Shown: positions 41,007-51,856, counted from the stretch's first letter. The stretch: 64,000 bases of DNA from Haemophilus parahaemolyticus (GCF_018373095.1 NZ_JAHAHT010000002.1:34-64033); one strand, 5' to 3'. Program-made: numbers and translations. Notes: generated from the letters alone by a model not told the origin.

Positions 41007-42605
41007 TTACTGACATTTGGTTTGTCTACTATGACATTTTGTTTTACTCTCTAGTAAAAACGGCAACAAAGCAAATAGCATCAACATCAATGCGGTAACT
41101 GAAGCATCTTCGGTACGGTAGCTGCCGAGTTGTTGGTAAAGCAAATAAGGCAACGTACTAAAATCAGGCGTGCCAAAAAACGCAATCACCGCAAAACTGC
41201 CTAGGCTCGCAGACATTGATAAGATAAAGGCATTGGCAAGCGGTCGGACTAGGTAATGTTTTTCCGCAATCCACCAGCGGTTGAAGCCCGATAAACCAAG
41301 ACTTCGAGCAAGTTTATCTTGGGCATTGAACGTTTCCCACATAGAAGAAAAGAGCATCGGGTAGACGTAAGGAATTAAGATAATGCCATTCATTACGCCA
41401 ACCAAAACTAGCAGTTGAGTAGTAGAAAGTGAGATATTCATCAGCAATAAAAAGAGCCCGACTGCCAGTAAAAATACGGGTAAAATCAGCGGGTAAGTAG
41501 CGACGCTACCTAAAATTGCGTGTAGAAAATGGTGTTTACGGTAAAGTAATTGACGGGTTTCAAGTGCAATCAGGTAAGTCACGCCAACTGTGGTGATTGA
41601 GGCAATTAAGCTAATCAGCACCGAGAAAAGCGTAGCTTCCCAAAGCTCTAGATTAACAAGGCGTTGCCAAAAGTGAGAAACGGAAATCCCTGCCCAGAGT
41701 ACACTAACAAGCGGTAATAAAATCAATAACGTTTGCAAAATCAAAATGCTTTGCAAACCCAGTTTGCGGCTACCCGCTAAACGTGGCTTCCAAAGTTCAA
41801 CGTTGGTGGTTTGGTTGCTTTGCTTTAAAGCACGTTGTGAGAAGAAGAATAGCAAAGCTTGCAACACAATGCCGAATGCTAATTGCACCATTATCAGCAT
41901 CACGGCTTTAGCAAAATCAAACTCAAAACTCACCGCTTGATAAATCGCTACTTCTAACGTGCTATATTTAGGCCCCCCGCCAAGCATTAAGACGATAGGG
42001 AAACTAGTAAAGCAGATCATAAAAATCGTTAGAAACACATAGGGCAGAATGCGTTTAAACATAGGAAATTCAACAATACGGAAATAATTCCAACCCGAAA
42101 GGTTAAGTTGTGCTGAAAGTTGGTATTGGCTAGACGGAATGAGGGCAAGTGCCTCCACACAATATTTCGTTACAAGCGGAATGTTGAGTAATCCGTGTGC
42201 AATAAGAATACCTTGTAAGCCGTAAATATTGGAGTGCCAATCAATACCAATCCACTTCATTACTTGTGCAATCCAACCTGAATTGCCCCAAATACCAATC
42301 ACGGCAAAAATAATCACAAGTGAAGGAAGCGACCAAACAAAAAGAATGCTTTTATAAAGCCAAGTTTTGCCTTTAAATTCGAGGTAGAAAAAGGCTTTGG
42401 CGAGCAATATGCCGAGAATGGTAGAAATACTGGCAGAAAGCACCGCTTGCAGAAGGCTATATTTGAGGATAGGCAAGGCTTCTATCAGCGAAAAGAGCGT
42501 TTCTTCTTGGCGGTTATCCATCAATGCCCATAAACTAAAGGCGTAAAGCGATACAATGGTTGCGTAAAGTAGCCAAGCGGTGATTTTGGTAAGGTTATTG
42601 AACAT
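41007..42605 (-). CDS. thiP: thiamine ABC transporter permease ThiP (duplicated TMD), without flanking thiB or thiQ
   Basis: Collinear with E. coli ThiP (..GLQGILIAHGLLNIPLVTKY.., ..MLGGGPKYSTLEVAIYQAVSFEFDF.., ..FGTPDFSTLPYLLYQQLGSYRTEDASVTAL..). Start taken at MFNNLTK. Confidence 0.85.
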   Translation of the reverse strand: MFNNLTKITAWLLYATIVSLYAFSLWALMDNRQEETLFSLIEALPILKYSLLQAVLSASISTILGILLAKAFFYLEFKGKTWLYKSILFVWSLPSLVIIFAVIGIWGNSGWIAQVMKWIGIDWHSNIYGLQGILIAHGLLNIPLVTKYCVEALALIPSSQYQLSAQLNLSGWNYFRIVEFPMFKRILPYVFLTIFMICFTSFPIVLMLGGGPKYSTLEVAIYQAVSFEFDFAKAVMLIMVQLAFGIVLQALLFFFSQRALKQSNQTTNVELWKPRLAGSRKLGLQSILILQTLLILLPLVSVLWAGISVSHFWQRLVNLELWEATLFSVLISLIASITTVGVTYLIALETRQLLYRKHHFLHAILGSVATYPLILPVFLLAVGLFLLLMNISLSTTQLLVLVGVMNGIILIPYVYPMLFSSMWETFNAQDKLARSLGLSGFNRWWIAEKHYLVRPLANAFILSMSASLGSFAVIAFFGTPDFSTLPYLLYQQLGSYRTEDASVTALMLMLFALLPFLLESKTKCHSRQTKCQ

Positions 42606-42853
42606 TGAAATACACTTTTTAAATAAACTGCAAAATTCTATCACTTTTCAACCGCTTGTTGGCTGAAAATTAGCTTTATTTTGTAATATAAATGTCAAAA
42701 AATCGTTAAATTAGCTGAATCACTATACAAATTTCGCGGAAAAATGTGAACTCTATCACGTTTTTTTATTTTTTATCGTGAATTTATATTCATTTTATAG
42801 TAAAGTGCAGGCAGTTAAAAAACTTACATTCTTTACGCAGAGAGGAAAATATT

Positions 42854-43114
42854 ATGGCGTATTCTAAAGACGTTGTTATTACAGCTCCAAGTGGTTTACA
42901 CACTCGCCCAGCGGCTGAATTTGTGAAAGCAGCAAAAGGTTTCGTTTCAGACATTACCGTAACTTCAAGCGGTAAATCTGCAAGTGCAAAAAGCTTATTC
43001 AAACTTCAAACTTTAGGTTTAACGCAAGGCACTAATATTACGATTACCGCAGAAGGTGAAGATGAGCAAAAAGCGGTGGATTTCTTAGTCGATTTAATCC
43101 CTACTTTAGAATAA
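42854..43114 (+). CDS. ptsH: phosphocarrier protein HPr
   Basis: ..[40 protein letters not shown]..; His15 and Ser46 context. Confidence 0.97.
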   Translation: MAYSKDVVITAPSGLHTRPAAEFVKAAKGFVSDITVTSSGKSASAKSLFKLQTLGLTQGTNITITAEGEDEQKAVDFLVDLIPTLE

Positions 43115-43189
43115 TCACTCCCTTTATTGTTCCTATGGCAAGTTTCGGCTTGCCATTGTTTTTACACTACTTTTTAAAAGGATAACATT

Positions 43190-44911
43190 ATGATTTCAGG
43201 TATTTCAGCCTCTCCTGGTATTGTTTTTGGTAAGGCATTAGTTTTAAAAGAAGAGCCGATTGTTCTTAACACTCACAAGATCACCGCAGATCAGGTTGAT
43301 ACTGAAGTAGCGAAATTCTTTGATGGGCGTGCAAAAGCCGCAGCACAATTGACCGCTATTCATGAGAAAGCCTTACGCACATTAGGTGAAGAGAAAGCTG
43401 CGATCTTTGAAGGGCATTTAATGCTTTTAGAAGATGAGGAGCTAGAAGAAGAGATCGTAGGATATATTAACGATAATTTATCAACAGCGGATGTTGCAGC
43501 AAGCAAAGTAATCGATCAGCAAGTTGCTGTACTTTCAGAAATCGATGATGAGTATTTAAAAGAGCGTGCAGGTGATATGCGTGATATCGGTAACCGTTTA
43601 TTACGTAATATTTTAGGTATGCATATCGTAGATTTAGGCGATATCCAAGAAGAGGCGATTCTTGTTGCTTACGATTTAACGCCATCTGAAACGGCTCAAT
43701 TAAACCTTGAAAAAGTATTAGGTTTCGTGACCGATATTGGTGGTCGAACCTCTCACACCTCAATTATGGCACGTTCATTAGAATTGCCTGCCATTGTTGG
43801 AACAAATGACATCACAGCTCGCGTAAACACAGGCGATTTATTGATTTTAGATGCGGAAAATAACCAAATCCATATCAACCCATCTGAAGCACAAATCAAC
43901 GAGTTCAAAACAACACAAGCTCGTATTGCCGCAGAAAAAGCAGAATTAGCAAAATTAAAAGATTTACCAGCTGAAACCTTAGACGGTCATCGCATTGAAG
44001 TAGCAGGTAACATTGGTACAATCCGTGATGTGGATGGTGTATTACGCAACGGTGGTGAATCTGTAGGCTTATATCGTACCGAATTTCTCTTTATGGATCG
44101 TAGCGAATTACCAGGCGAAGAAGAGCAGTTCCAAGCTTATAAAGAGATCGTGGAAGCAATGGGTGGTAAACAAGTTGTCCTTCGTACCATGGATATCGGA
44201 GGTGACAAAGAGTTACCATACTTAGATTTACCAAAAGAGATGAATCCATTCTTAGGCTGGCGTGCAGTTCGTATCGGTTTAACACGTCGTGAGATTTTAG
44301 ATACTCAATTACGTGCGGTATTACGTGCTTCAGCGTTTGGTAAATTAGCGGTAATGTTCCCGATGATTATCTCTGTGGAAGAGATCCGCGAATTAAAATC
44401 TATCGTAGCAAGCTTAAAAGAGCAGCTTCGTTCAGAAGGCAAAGCATTTGATGAAAACTTACAATTAGGTGTGATGGTAGAAACGCCATCAGCAGCGGTA
44501 AATGCACGTCATCTTGCGAAAGAAGTTGATTTCTTTAGTATTGGTACTAACGACTTAACCCAATATACGCTTGCGGTAGATCGTGGTAACGAAATTATCG
44601 CTCACTTATACAACCCATTAACACCATCTGTGTTAAACTTAATTAAACAAGTAATTGATGCTTCACATGCTGAAGGCAAATGGACAGGTATGTGTGGTGA
44701 GTTAGCAGGTGATGTACGTGCAACTGCATTATTACTTGGTATGGGCTTAGATGAGTTCAGTATGAGTGGTATTTCTGTACCACATGTGAAGAAATTAGCT
44801 CGTTCAATCAACTACACTGATGCAAAAGCATTAGCAGACGAAGCATTAGCTCAATCAACTGCTGCAGACATCGAACGTTTAGTAAACGATTTCTACGCTA
44901 AATTAAGCTAG
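43190..44911 (+). CDS. ptsI: PTS enzyme I
   Basis: Full-length EI (573 aa), ..[18 protein letters not shown].. with the active-site His. Confidence 0.97.
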   Translation: MISGISASPGIVFGKALVLKEEPIVLNTHKITADQVDTEVAKFFDGRAKAAAQLTAIHEKALRTLGEEKAAIFEGHLMLLEDEELEEEIVGYINDNLSTADVAASKVIDQQVAVLSEIDDEYLKERAGDMRDIGNRLLRNILGMHIVDLGDIQEEAILVAYDLTPSETAQLNLEKVLGFVTDIGGRTSHTSIMARSLELPAIVGTNDITARVNTGDLLILDAENNQIHINPSEAQINEFKTTQARIAAEKAELAKLKDLPAETLDGHRIEVAGNIGTIRDVDGVLRNGGESVGLYRTEFLFMDRSELPGEEEQFQAYKEIVEAMGGKQVVLRTMDIGGDKELPYLDLPKEMNPFLGWRAVRIGLTRREILDTQLRAVLRASAFGKLAVMFPMIISVEEIRELKSIVASLKEQLRSEGKAFDENLQLGVMVETPSAAVNARHLAKEVDFFSIGTNDLTQYTLAVDRGNEIIAHLYNPLTPSVLNLIKQVIDASHAEGKWTGMCGELAGDVRATALLLGMGLDEFSMSGISVPHVKKLARSINYTDAKALADEALAQSTAADIERLVNDFYAKLS

Positions 44912-44991
44912 TTTTAATTAAAAAGCATACAAAAACGAAATTCTCGTATAAAATATATGAGAATTTTGTTTTATATAACGGAGATCTCCCT

Positions 44992-45492
44992 ATGAGTTTT
45001 TTAAGTAAATTATTTGGTTCTAAACAAAAAGAAGCAAAAGAAATTCAAATCATCGCCCCACTTTCTGGTGAAATCGTAAACATTGAAGATGTACCAGATG
45101 TAGTTTTCTCTGAGAAAATCGTAGGTGATGGTGTAGCAATCCGTCCTACGGGCGACACTATCGTTGCACCAGTAAATGGTACTATCGGTAAGATTTTCGA
45201 AACTAACCATGCGTTCTCAATTGAATCTGAAGATGGTGTTGAGTTATTCGTTCACTTCGGTATCGATACCGTGGAATTAAAAGGTGAAGGCTTCACACGT
45301 ATTGCTGAAGAAGGTCAAAACGTTAAAGTAGGTGAACCAATCATCAAATTTGACTTAGTGACTTTAGAAGCAAAAGCAAAATCTGTATTAACTCCAGTTG
45401 TGATTTCTAATATGGATGAAATTGCTAACCTTGAAAAACGTTCAGGTTCAGTGGTTGCAGGTGAAACAGTGGTTTTAACCTTAACAAAATAA
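44992..45492 (+). CDS. crr: PTS glucose-specific EIIA
   Basis: ..[41 protein letters not shown].. matches EIIA-Glc. Confidence 0.96.
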   Translation: MSFLSKLFGSKQKEAKEIQIIAPLSGEIVNIEDVPDVVFSEKIVGDGVAIRPTGDTIVAPVNGTIGKIFETNHAFSIESEDGVELFVHFGIDTVELKGEGFTRIAEEGQNVKVGEPIIKFDLVTLEAKAKSVLTPVVISNMDEIANLEKRSGSVVAGETVVLTLTK

Positions 45493-45514
45493 TCATTAAA
45501 AATGCCCGCTTGTA

Positions 45515-45970
45515 TGATCTGCTCCCCAAAAGTTGGACTAAACAACCAACTGACTAAGGTGCAGATTTTTTATGACCAAATACAACACTCTTTTCAAACA
45601 ATAAGTCATCGAATGTTACCTTCAAAATGGTAAAAATTGTGCACTTATCCGTAAACATTTTCAACTTACCAGCAGAACATTGCGACATTAGATTAACCAA
45701 TTTAATCATAGTGAAATCAATGGGTTAGCTGTGCTGGTTAAGAAGCGAAATTACTCACCTAAATTTAAACTTAACGTGATACAAGCGGTTAAAAACAGAA
45801 TATTATTACAGCAAATGATTTAAGACGTTCGAAGAGCTGGAAAAAACGATCCACGAGTACATTCATTATTACAATCATAAACGCATTTAGGGAGCTAAAA
45901 AGAGTGAGCCCTGTGAATGACAGAGCTCAGTCCTTGAACTAAATAAGTCTAACTTTTTAGGTACAGATCA
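45515..45970. mobile_element. internally deleted IS3-family (IS150-group) insertion sequence remnant that keeps both terminal inverted repeats
   Basis: Left end TGATCTGCTCCCCAAAAGTTGGAC. Right end, read as reverse complement, TGATCTGTACCTAAAAAGTTAGAC. The interior encodes an OrfA-like start (MTKYNTLFKQ..ECYLQNGKNCALIRKHFQL) and a frameshifted OrfB C-terminus (TFEELEKTIHEYIHYYNHKRI / RELKRVSPVNDRAQSLN*). Confidence 0.7.
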
Positions 45971-46119
45971 TATAGAGGGCTTTTTTGTATTCATTTGTAG
46001 TTATAATAGACAAAATTGTTGCTGACATTTATTTTTAAAATATTAGCAACAATTTTTATGGCATAGCGATCTGGCTTGTATGAAAAACCTACTATGTAAT
46101 TAGTCGGGTTTCTTTTTCT

Positions 46120-46788
46120 CTATTCTTTCCGTTCAAATACCAGCACTTTATGTTCTAACTTACGCAATAGTACAGTCATAATGCCAGTAATAACAAGATA
46201 AATTGCCCCTGCGATACCATAAATGGTAATTGCATCATATTCCGTGCCGTAAAGCTGTTTAGCGTAGCCCATAATATCTAAAATCGTGATGGTTGAGGCA
46301 AGTGATGTGCCTTTGAAAACCAAAATGATTTCGTTGCTATAAGAAGGTAACGCTCGTTTTAACGCATACGGAATCAAAATTTTGAGCGTATCTAAACGGC
46401 TTAAACCTAATGCTGCACAAGTTTCCCATTGCCCTTTCGGAATCGCTTTTACTGCTCCGTGGAAAAGTTGCGTTGAGTATGCCGCACTATTAAGGGCTAA
46501 AGCCAATACTGCACAAAACCACGCATCAGAAAATAATGCCCAAAGTGGGCTTTGTGTGAGCCATTCAAATTGACCCGGTCCACTATAAATCAGGAAAAAT
46601 TGCACCAATAATGGCGTGCCAGTGAATAACATTAAATAGCCGTTCACCAACCCTTTCAAGATTTTACTTTCCATTGAAAGCAAGAAAGTAAATATAATTG
46701 CCAATACAAAGGCAATGATGAGCGAAACCAGCATTAAGCTCAGGCTAGTTGGAATACCTTGTGCGATAACTAAGAAATAATCCCACAT
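46120..46788 (-). CDS. artM: arginine ABC transporter permease
   Basis: HisM/ArtM family TMD with an EAA-like loop. Last gene of the artPIQM-like operon. Confidence 0.9.
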   Translation of the reverse strand: MWDYFLVIAQGIPTSLSLMLVSLIIAFVLAIIFTFLLSMESKILKGLVNGYLMLFTGTPLLVQFFLIYSGPGQFEWLTQSPLWALFSDAWFCAVLALALNSAAYSTQLFHGAVKAIPKGQWETCAALGLSRLDTLKILIPYALKRALPSYSNEIILVFKGTSLASTITILDIMGYAKQLYGTEYDAITIYGIAGAIYLVITGIMTVLLRKLEHKVLVFERKE

Positions 46789-47459
46789 TATTTGCCTCCT
46801 CGCTCAAAACGGGTGAAACGCAGTTCAAGACGGCGAATAATCACTTGACTAATTAAAGTAATCGCAAGATAAATCAATGCCGCAAAGCCATACCACGTAA
46901 AGGGTTGGTGTTCGTTGGTGTTGATTAAGTCTGCTTGACGCATTAAGTCATCAACGCCGATAAGCGAAACTAATGCGGTATCTTTTAACAATACGAGCCA
47001 TTGGTTACTTAAACCAGGCAAAGCGTGTCGCCATACTTGAGGCATAATGATGTGCAAGAAAGTGTAACGGCGACTTAAACCTAACACCGCACCACTTTCC
47101 CACTGTCCGTTCGGAATCGCTTGAATTGCCCCACGAAGTGATTGTGAAGCATAAGCAGCAAAAATTAAGCTTAACGCTAGCACACCGCTGTTAAAGGCAC
47201 TAAATTCGATGTATTCACCTGTGATTTTTTCGATCAGCTCGGTTGAACCGAAATAGATTAACAACACGACCAAAATTTCAGGTAAACCACGCATTAAAGT
47301 GAGAAAAACCGTGGTTGGTTTGCTGATGCAAGCGGTCTTATTCATCTCCAAACTTACAAAAAGAATGGAAAGTAATAAGCCGACGACAAGCGACGCCAGT
47401 GCAAGCCCAAGCGTCATGAGCGTTGCACTGTAAATTAAAGGAAGATATTCGGTAAACAT
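46788..47459 (-). CDS. artQ: arginine ABC transporter permease
   Basis: HisQ/ArtQ family TMD. Its stop and start overlap the neighbouring genes. Confidence 0.9.
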   Translation of the reverse strand: MFTEYLPLIYSATLMTLGLALASLVVGLLLSILFVSLEMNKTACISKPTTVFLTLMRGLPEILVVLLIYFGSTELIEKITGEYIEFSAFNSGVLALSLIFAAYASQSLRGAIQAIPNGQWESGAVLGLSRRYTFLHIIMPQVWRHALPGLSNQWLVLLKDTALVSLIGVDDLMRQADLINTNEHQPFTWYGFAALIYLAITLISQVIIRRLELRFTRFERGGK

Positions 47460-47462
47460 AGC

Positions 47463-48185
47463 TTACTTGTTTGTCATCCATTTATCGTAGATTTTTTGGT
47501 ATTCGCCGTTCGCTTTAATGGTTGCTAAACCTTTGTTTAACTCATCCACAAGATCTTTGTTGCCTTTGTTGATCGCAATCCCCAAACCATTACCAAAGTA
47601 TTTTTGGTTAGTCACTTTTTCGCCCACAAAGGTTAAATCTGTTTCTTTTGAAAGCATATCGGCTAATACGGCAGTATCACCAAAGATTAAATCAATACGC
47701 CCATTTTTTAAGTCTAAGATTGAATCTTGAATTGAGTTATACGCTTTAGGAGCGTATTGTTTTGCTTCGGCTACAACATATTGTTGGAAAGTTGTCCCAT
47801 TTTGTACGCCTACATTTTTCGCGGTGTTTAAGTCTGCTTTACCTTTTAGGGCAATGAAACTTGCTGAACTATCATAATAGGCATCAGAGAAAAGCACTTG
47901 TTTGCTACGTGCTTCAGTAATATCCATTGCGGAAATAGCACCATCGATACGTTTTTGTTTTACCGCTTGCACTAAGCCATCAAAAGAGAGACTTTTGAAT
48001 GAGCAGTTTGCTTGGATTTCTTTACAAATTGCATTGGCAATATCGACGTCAAAACCGATGATTTCACCTTTTTCGTTGGTTGTTTCAAACGGTGGGTAGC
48101 TTGGTTCCATTGCGAAAGTTAAATCTTTTGCTTGTGCTGAGAAAGTTGCGAATGCAATAGCGGATGCGATAAGTAATTTTTTCAT
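47463..48185 (-). CDS. artI: periplasmic arginine-binding protein
   Basis: Signal peptide [19 protein letters not shown] and a type-3 solute-binding protein fold. Confidence 0.9.
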   Translation of the reverse strand: MKKLLIASAIAFATFSAQAKDLTFAMEPSYPPFETTNEKGEIIGFDVDIANAICKEIQANCSFKSLSFDGLVQAVKQKRIDGAISAMDITEARSKQVLFSDAYYDSSASFIALKGKADLNTAKNVGVQNGTTFQQYVVAEAKQYAPKAYNSIQDSILDLKNGRIDLIFGDTAVLADMLSKETDLTFVGEKVTNQKYFGNGLGIAINKGNKDLVDELNKGLATIKANGEYQKIYDKWMTNK

Positions 48186-48214
48186 AAGAAAGTCCTTATT
48201 AAATATGTGTTTAA

Positions 48215-48949
48215 TTATTCAGAATGAGAAAGATATTGAGCAAACTCTGCGGTTTTTGGCTGTTCAAAACAACTTGAATCGCCTTGCTCAATAATATGCC
48301 CTTTCTCCATATACACTACTTTGGTTGCCACTTTGCGAGCTACGCCCACCTCGTGCGTTACGATTACCTGCGTGATACCTGTATTTTTCAATTCTTTAAT
48401 AATATCAACCACTTGTGCAGTGATTTCTGGGTCAAGTGCTGCGGTTGGTTCATCAAATAACAACACTTGTGGTTGCATCATCAAAGCACGAGCAATCGCC
48501 ACACGTTGTTGCTGACCACCTGAAAGTTGAAGCGGAAAACGATCAGCAAATTCGCCTAAACGTAAACGTTCTAAATGGGCTTTTGCCTGTGTAATCACTT
48601 CTTCTTTCGATATTCCCAATACTTTCATCGGTGCTTCAATTAAGTTTTGTAGCACGGTCAAATGGTTCCATAAATGATATTGCTGGAACACCATTCCCAC
48701 TTCACGACGAAGTAGCGCTATCTGTTTTGCATCCATTTTGGCGGATAAATTAAAGCTATGTTTCGCCACTTCCAGCGTACCTTCTTGCGGTACTTCCAAT
48801 AAATTCAGTGTGCGAATAAGCGTGCTTTTCCCTGCCCCAGACGGGCCAAGCAACACCACCACATCGCCTTTTTCAACATCAAGATTGATGTCAAAAAGTG
48901 CTTGGTTGTTGCCATAGAAAAAATTGATGTGATGAAGACGAATTGCCAT
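48215..48949 (-). CDS. artP: arginine ABC transporter ATP-binding protein
   Basis: Walker [18 protein letters not shown] signature and Walker [12 protein letters not shown]. Confidence 0.93.
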   Translation of the reverse strand: MAIRLHHINFFYGNNQALFDINLDVEKGDVVVLLGPSGAGKSTLIRTLNLLEVPQEGTLEVAKHSFNLSAKMDAKQIALLRREVGMVFQQYHLWNHLTVLQNLIEAPMKVLGISKEEVITQAKAHLERLRLGEFADRFPLQLSGGQQQRVAIARALMMQPQVLLFDEPTAALDPEITAQVVDIIKELKNTGITQVIVTHEVGVARKVATKVVYMEKGHIIEQGDSSCFEQPKTAEFAQYLSHSE

Positions 48950-49062
48950 TCGTTAAATCCTGTTAAGTAAACTAAATGAATTGAATGAATATTATGAATT
49001 TTTGCATAATTATGCAAGCAGTTTTTGAGGAAATTTTTGAGGAGGAAGAATATAAATGTAAA

Positions 49063-49087
49063 AGCCGAGGATAATGAATCCTCGGCT
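49063..49087 (-). terminator. perfect 10-bp hairpin terminator, minus-strand orientation
   Basis: AGCCGAGGATaatgaATCCTCGGCT, followed on the minus strand by TTTACATTTATATTC. Confidence 0.55.
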
Positions 49088-49190
49088 AAGGATAGATTAC
49101 ACAACTTTTTACTTCAGGGCTTGGGCGATTTCCACAACTCGCGATGGTGGTAGATAAAATAACTAAGCCAATTAAATATGTTTTATTCAT
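49086..49190 (-). CDS. candidate 34-aa small lipoprotein. Below the ORF-track size cutoff.
   Basis: AAGGAG RBS 6 nt before the ATG. MNKTYLIGLVILSTTIASCGNRPSPEVKSCVIYP*: signal peptide with lipobox IASC and a mature peptide of ~16 aa with two Cys. The terminator hairpin overlaps the stop. Confidence 0.4.
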   Translation of the reverse strand: MNKTYLIGLVILSTTIASCGNRPSPEVKSCVIYP

Positions 49191-49269
49191 AGTAGACTCC
49201 TTATGTATTTTCGCTCAATTTAGAAAAAAAGGGCTGATAAAATCAACCCTCTGAAAAATAAAGAAAAAA

Positions 49270-50226
49270 TTAAGCATTTACAAAGTCTTTGCCTAACTTA
49301 ATATCTGCTTCTAATACTTCTTCAAGTGCTTTTAATTTTTCTTGCTCATATTCACTTAATTGACCAATTGGCAGAATTTCCTCCACGCCTGTTAAACCGA
49401 AACGCACAGGGTGAGCGAAGAATTCTGGGTAACCACTGTCTTTTTTGCTTTCTACATACGCATAACGCACGCAGTCTTCACCTAATAATGCTTTGAATAC
49501 CGCTACGGCAAAACGTGCACCCGCTTCTGCCATTGAAAGGGTTGCTGATCCGCCCCCTGCTTTGGCTTCAACTACTTCCGTTCCTGCATTTTGGATGCGG
49601 TGGGTTAATGATTCGATCTCTTCTTGTGTGAAATCAATTTTACGACCTTCAGATAACGCTTGAGAAAGTAATGGCAGAATGGTTGGGCCAGAGTGCCCAC
49701 CGATGACAGGCACTTTCACGGTTTCAGCGTGTTTTTCTTTTAATTCAGATACAAAGCTTTTCGCACGTACCACGTCTAAAGTGGAAACACCGAATAATTT
49801 ACGTTTGTCGTATACGCCTTTTTTGCGTAATACTTCTGCCGCTAATGGCACCAATGTATTTACAGGGTTACTTACAATACCCACGCACGCATCAGGGCAC
49901 ACTTCTGCTACTTTTTCAACCAAGTTTTTGATGATGTTACCGTTGATGTTAAATAAATCTGCACGGGTCATGCCAGGTTTACGTGCCACACCTGCGGTAA
50001 TTAACACCATATGTGCATCTTTTAACGCAGCAGCTAAGTTCTCTTCGCCTGCATAACCTATTGCTTTTACAGAAGTTGCAATATGGCTAATATCTACCGC
50101 AACACCTGGCGTAACAGGCGAAATATCATAAAGGGCTAATTCTGTGCCTATTGGTAAACGTAATTTTAACAATAATGCCAAAGTTTGACCGATACCACCA
50201 GCAGCACCTAAAAGGGTTAATTTCAT
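49270..50226 (-). CDS. mdh: malate dehydrogenase
   Basis: [21 protein letters not shown].. NAD site, ..[10 protein letters not shown].. and the full-length Mdh. Confidence 0.96.
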   Translation of the reverse strand: MKLTLLGAAGGIGQTLALLLKLRLPIGTELALYDISPVTPGVAVDISHIATSVKAIGYAGEENLAAALKDAHMVLITAGVARKPGMTRADLFNINGNIIKNLVEKVAEVCPDACVGIVSNPVNTLVPLAAEVLRKKGVYDKRKLFGVSTLDVVRAKSFVSELKEKHAETVKVPVIGGHSGPTILPLLSQALSEGRKIDFTQEEIESLTHRIQNAGTEVVEAKAGGGSATLSMAEAGARFAVAVFKALLGEDCVRYAYVESKKDSGYPEFFAHPVRFGLTGVEEILPIGQLSEYEQEKLKALEEVLEADIKLGKDFVNA

Positions 50227-50384
50227 AAAAAAACTCCTATTAAAATGAAAGAATTTAATCTCAAAATTGGAGAAATTTTAACAGATTTTTACCTAAAAAG
50301 GGGAGTGTGTTCTGTTGAAAATATAATCTGAATCAAGTTTTTACCAAATAATCATTTAATTCATTAAGAAAATTAACAGAACAA

Positions 50385-50436
50385 ATTGCTTTTTATGCAT
50401 AGATACGCAAGAATTCTGCATAGAAATTGAATTTTT
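50385..50436. promoter_or_regulatory. candidate ARG boxes in the mdh/argR divergent promoter region
   Basis: TTTTATGCATAGATACGC and CTGCATAGAAATTGAATT resemble TnTGAATwwwwATTCAnw with 2-3 mismatches each. The region lies upstream of argR, which is typically autoregulated. Confidence 0.3.
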
Positions 50437-50453
50437 AACTGAAAAGGAAACTC

Positions 50454-50906
50454 ATGGATAAACTTTCTGAAGCATTCAAGGCTCTATTAAAAGAAGAAAA
50501 GTTTGGTTCACAAAGCGAAATTGTGACGGCTTTACAGGAGCAAGGCTTTGAAAACATTAATCAATCTAAAGTCTCTCGAATGCTCTCTAAATTCGGTGCT
50601 ATTCGCACCCGCAATACTAAAATGGAAATGGTTTATCAATTGCCGAATGAATTGAGTGTACCAGCCACTTCCAGCCCGTTGAAAAACTTGGTGGTGGACA
50701 TCGATCACAACGATCTACTAATTGTAGTGAAAACCAGCCCTGGTGCGGCACAGTTGATTGCACGCTTGCTTGACTCCATCGGCAAAAGCGAAGGCATTTT
50801 AGGTACTATCGCAGGCGATGACACTATTTTCATTACGCCAACTCGGGGAATAGAGATGGATGATTTAATGCAAACCGTCCGCACTCTATTTGAAAGCTCA
50901 TTTTAA
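50454..50906 (+). CDS. argR: arginine repressor
   Basis: ..[35 protein letters not shown].. winged helix, plus the C-terminal oligomerisation and arginine-binding domain ([10 protein letters not shown]). Confidence 0.95.
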   Translation: MDKLSEAFKALLKEEKFGSQSEIVTALQEQGFENINQSKVSRMLSKFGAIRTRNTKMEMVYQLPNELSVPATSSPLKNLVVDIDHNDLLIVVKTSPGAAQLIARLLDSIGKSEGILGTIAGDDTIFITPTRGIEMDDLMQTVRTLFESSF

Positions 50907-51787
50907 TGAACATTTTACTTACAGGTGGCACAGGGTTTATTGGTTCGCATTTAGTGCCCATTTTGCTTGAAAAAGGGCATCAGCTCACGCTCTTATCTCG
51001 TAAAACAAGACAGCCTCAGCAAGCGGTCAAATTTGTGCAAACCCTTGCAAACTCCAGCGATTTAAATGAATTTGATGCCGTGATTAACCTCGCGGGCGAA
51101 CCAATTTTTGATAAACGTTGGACAGAAAAGCAAAAGCAAAAATTGCTCGACAGTCGTGTGAAACTAACCAATCAGCTTGCCGCTCTCTTTGCTAAAAGCA
51201 CACAACCGCCTGCTGTGTTTATTTCGAGTTCTGCCACTGGCTTTTACGGTGATTTGCCGACAGACCAATCTGGTCATGAAAAAACGCCTTCAAGCGGTGG
51301 ATTTACTGCAGAATTATGCAAACAGTGGGAGGTAGAGGCGTTAAAAACAGAAGCCATCACAAGGCTTTGCCTTATCCGCACGGGGATTGTGTTTTCCGAA
51401 CGAGGAGGGGCATTAAAAAGGATGCTCCCACTTTATCGCTTAGGGCTTGGAGGGAAACTAGGTAATGGCAAACAGCATTGGGCATGGATTGCATTAGAGG
51501 ACTATTTGCGTGCCCTATGTTTCTTATTGGAAAATCCGAACTGCGTTGGAGTGTATAATTTCGTTTCACCTTATCCTGTGACCAATGCAGAATTCAACTG
51601 CTGGTTGGCAAAGCGGTGTAGTAAACCTGCATTCTGCCACATGCCTGCTTTTGTATTGAAATGGCTACTTGGCGAACGTTCGGCAATTTTGTTGGATAAT
51701 CAACCGCTTGTACCAACGCATTTGTTGGCGGATGGGTTTGGGTTTAGGTACCCTGATTTGAATTTTTTAAACATAAAATTTTCGTAA
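50906..51787 (+). CDS. TIGR01777/YfcH-family NAD-dependent epimerase-like protein (DUF1731 C-terminus)
   Basis: [16 protein letters not shown] Rossmann motif. Its start overlaps the argR stop (TAATG). Confidence 0.85.
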   Translation: MNILLTGGTGFIGSHLVPILLEKGHQLTLLSRKTRQPQQAVKFVQTLANSSDLNEFDAVINLAGEPIFDKRWTEKQKQKLLDSRVKLTNQLAALFAKSTQPPAVFISSSATGFYGDLPTDQSGHEKTPSSGGFTAELCKQWEVEALKTEAITRLCLIRTGIVFSERGGALKRMLPLYRLGLGGKLGNGKQHWAWIALEDYLRALCFLLENPNCVGVYNFVSPYPVTNAEFNCWLAKRCSKPAFCHMPAFVLKWLLGERSAILLDNQPLVPTHLLADGFGFRYPDLNFLNIKFS

Positions 51788-51856
51788 ATTTATTAGCTAA
51801 TTTTTTCGGCAGTATCTATTAACGAAAAAATTAAGTAACAACACCTAGGAATATTT

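Noticed and set aside
42645-42853. Looked for a TPP riboswitch (THI box) upstream of the orphan thiP, and for thiB/thiQ in the flanks
   Set aside because: No CTGAGA...GGGGTGCC-type conserved elements were found on either strand. The flanks encode cysE and ptsH.
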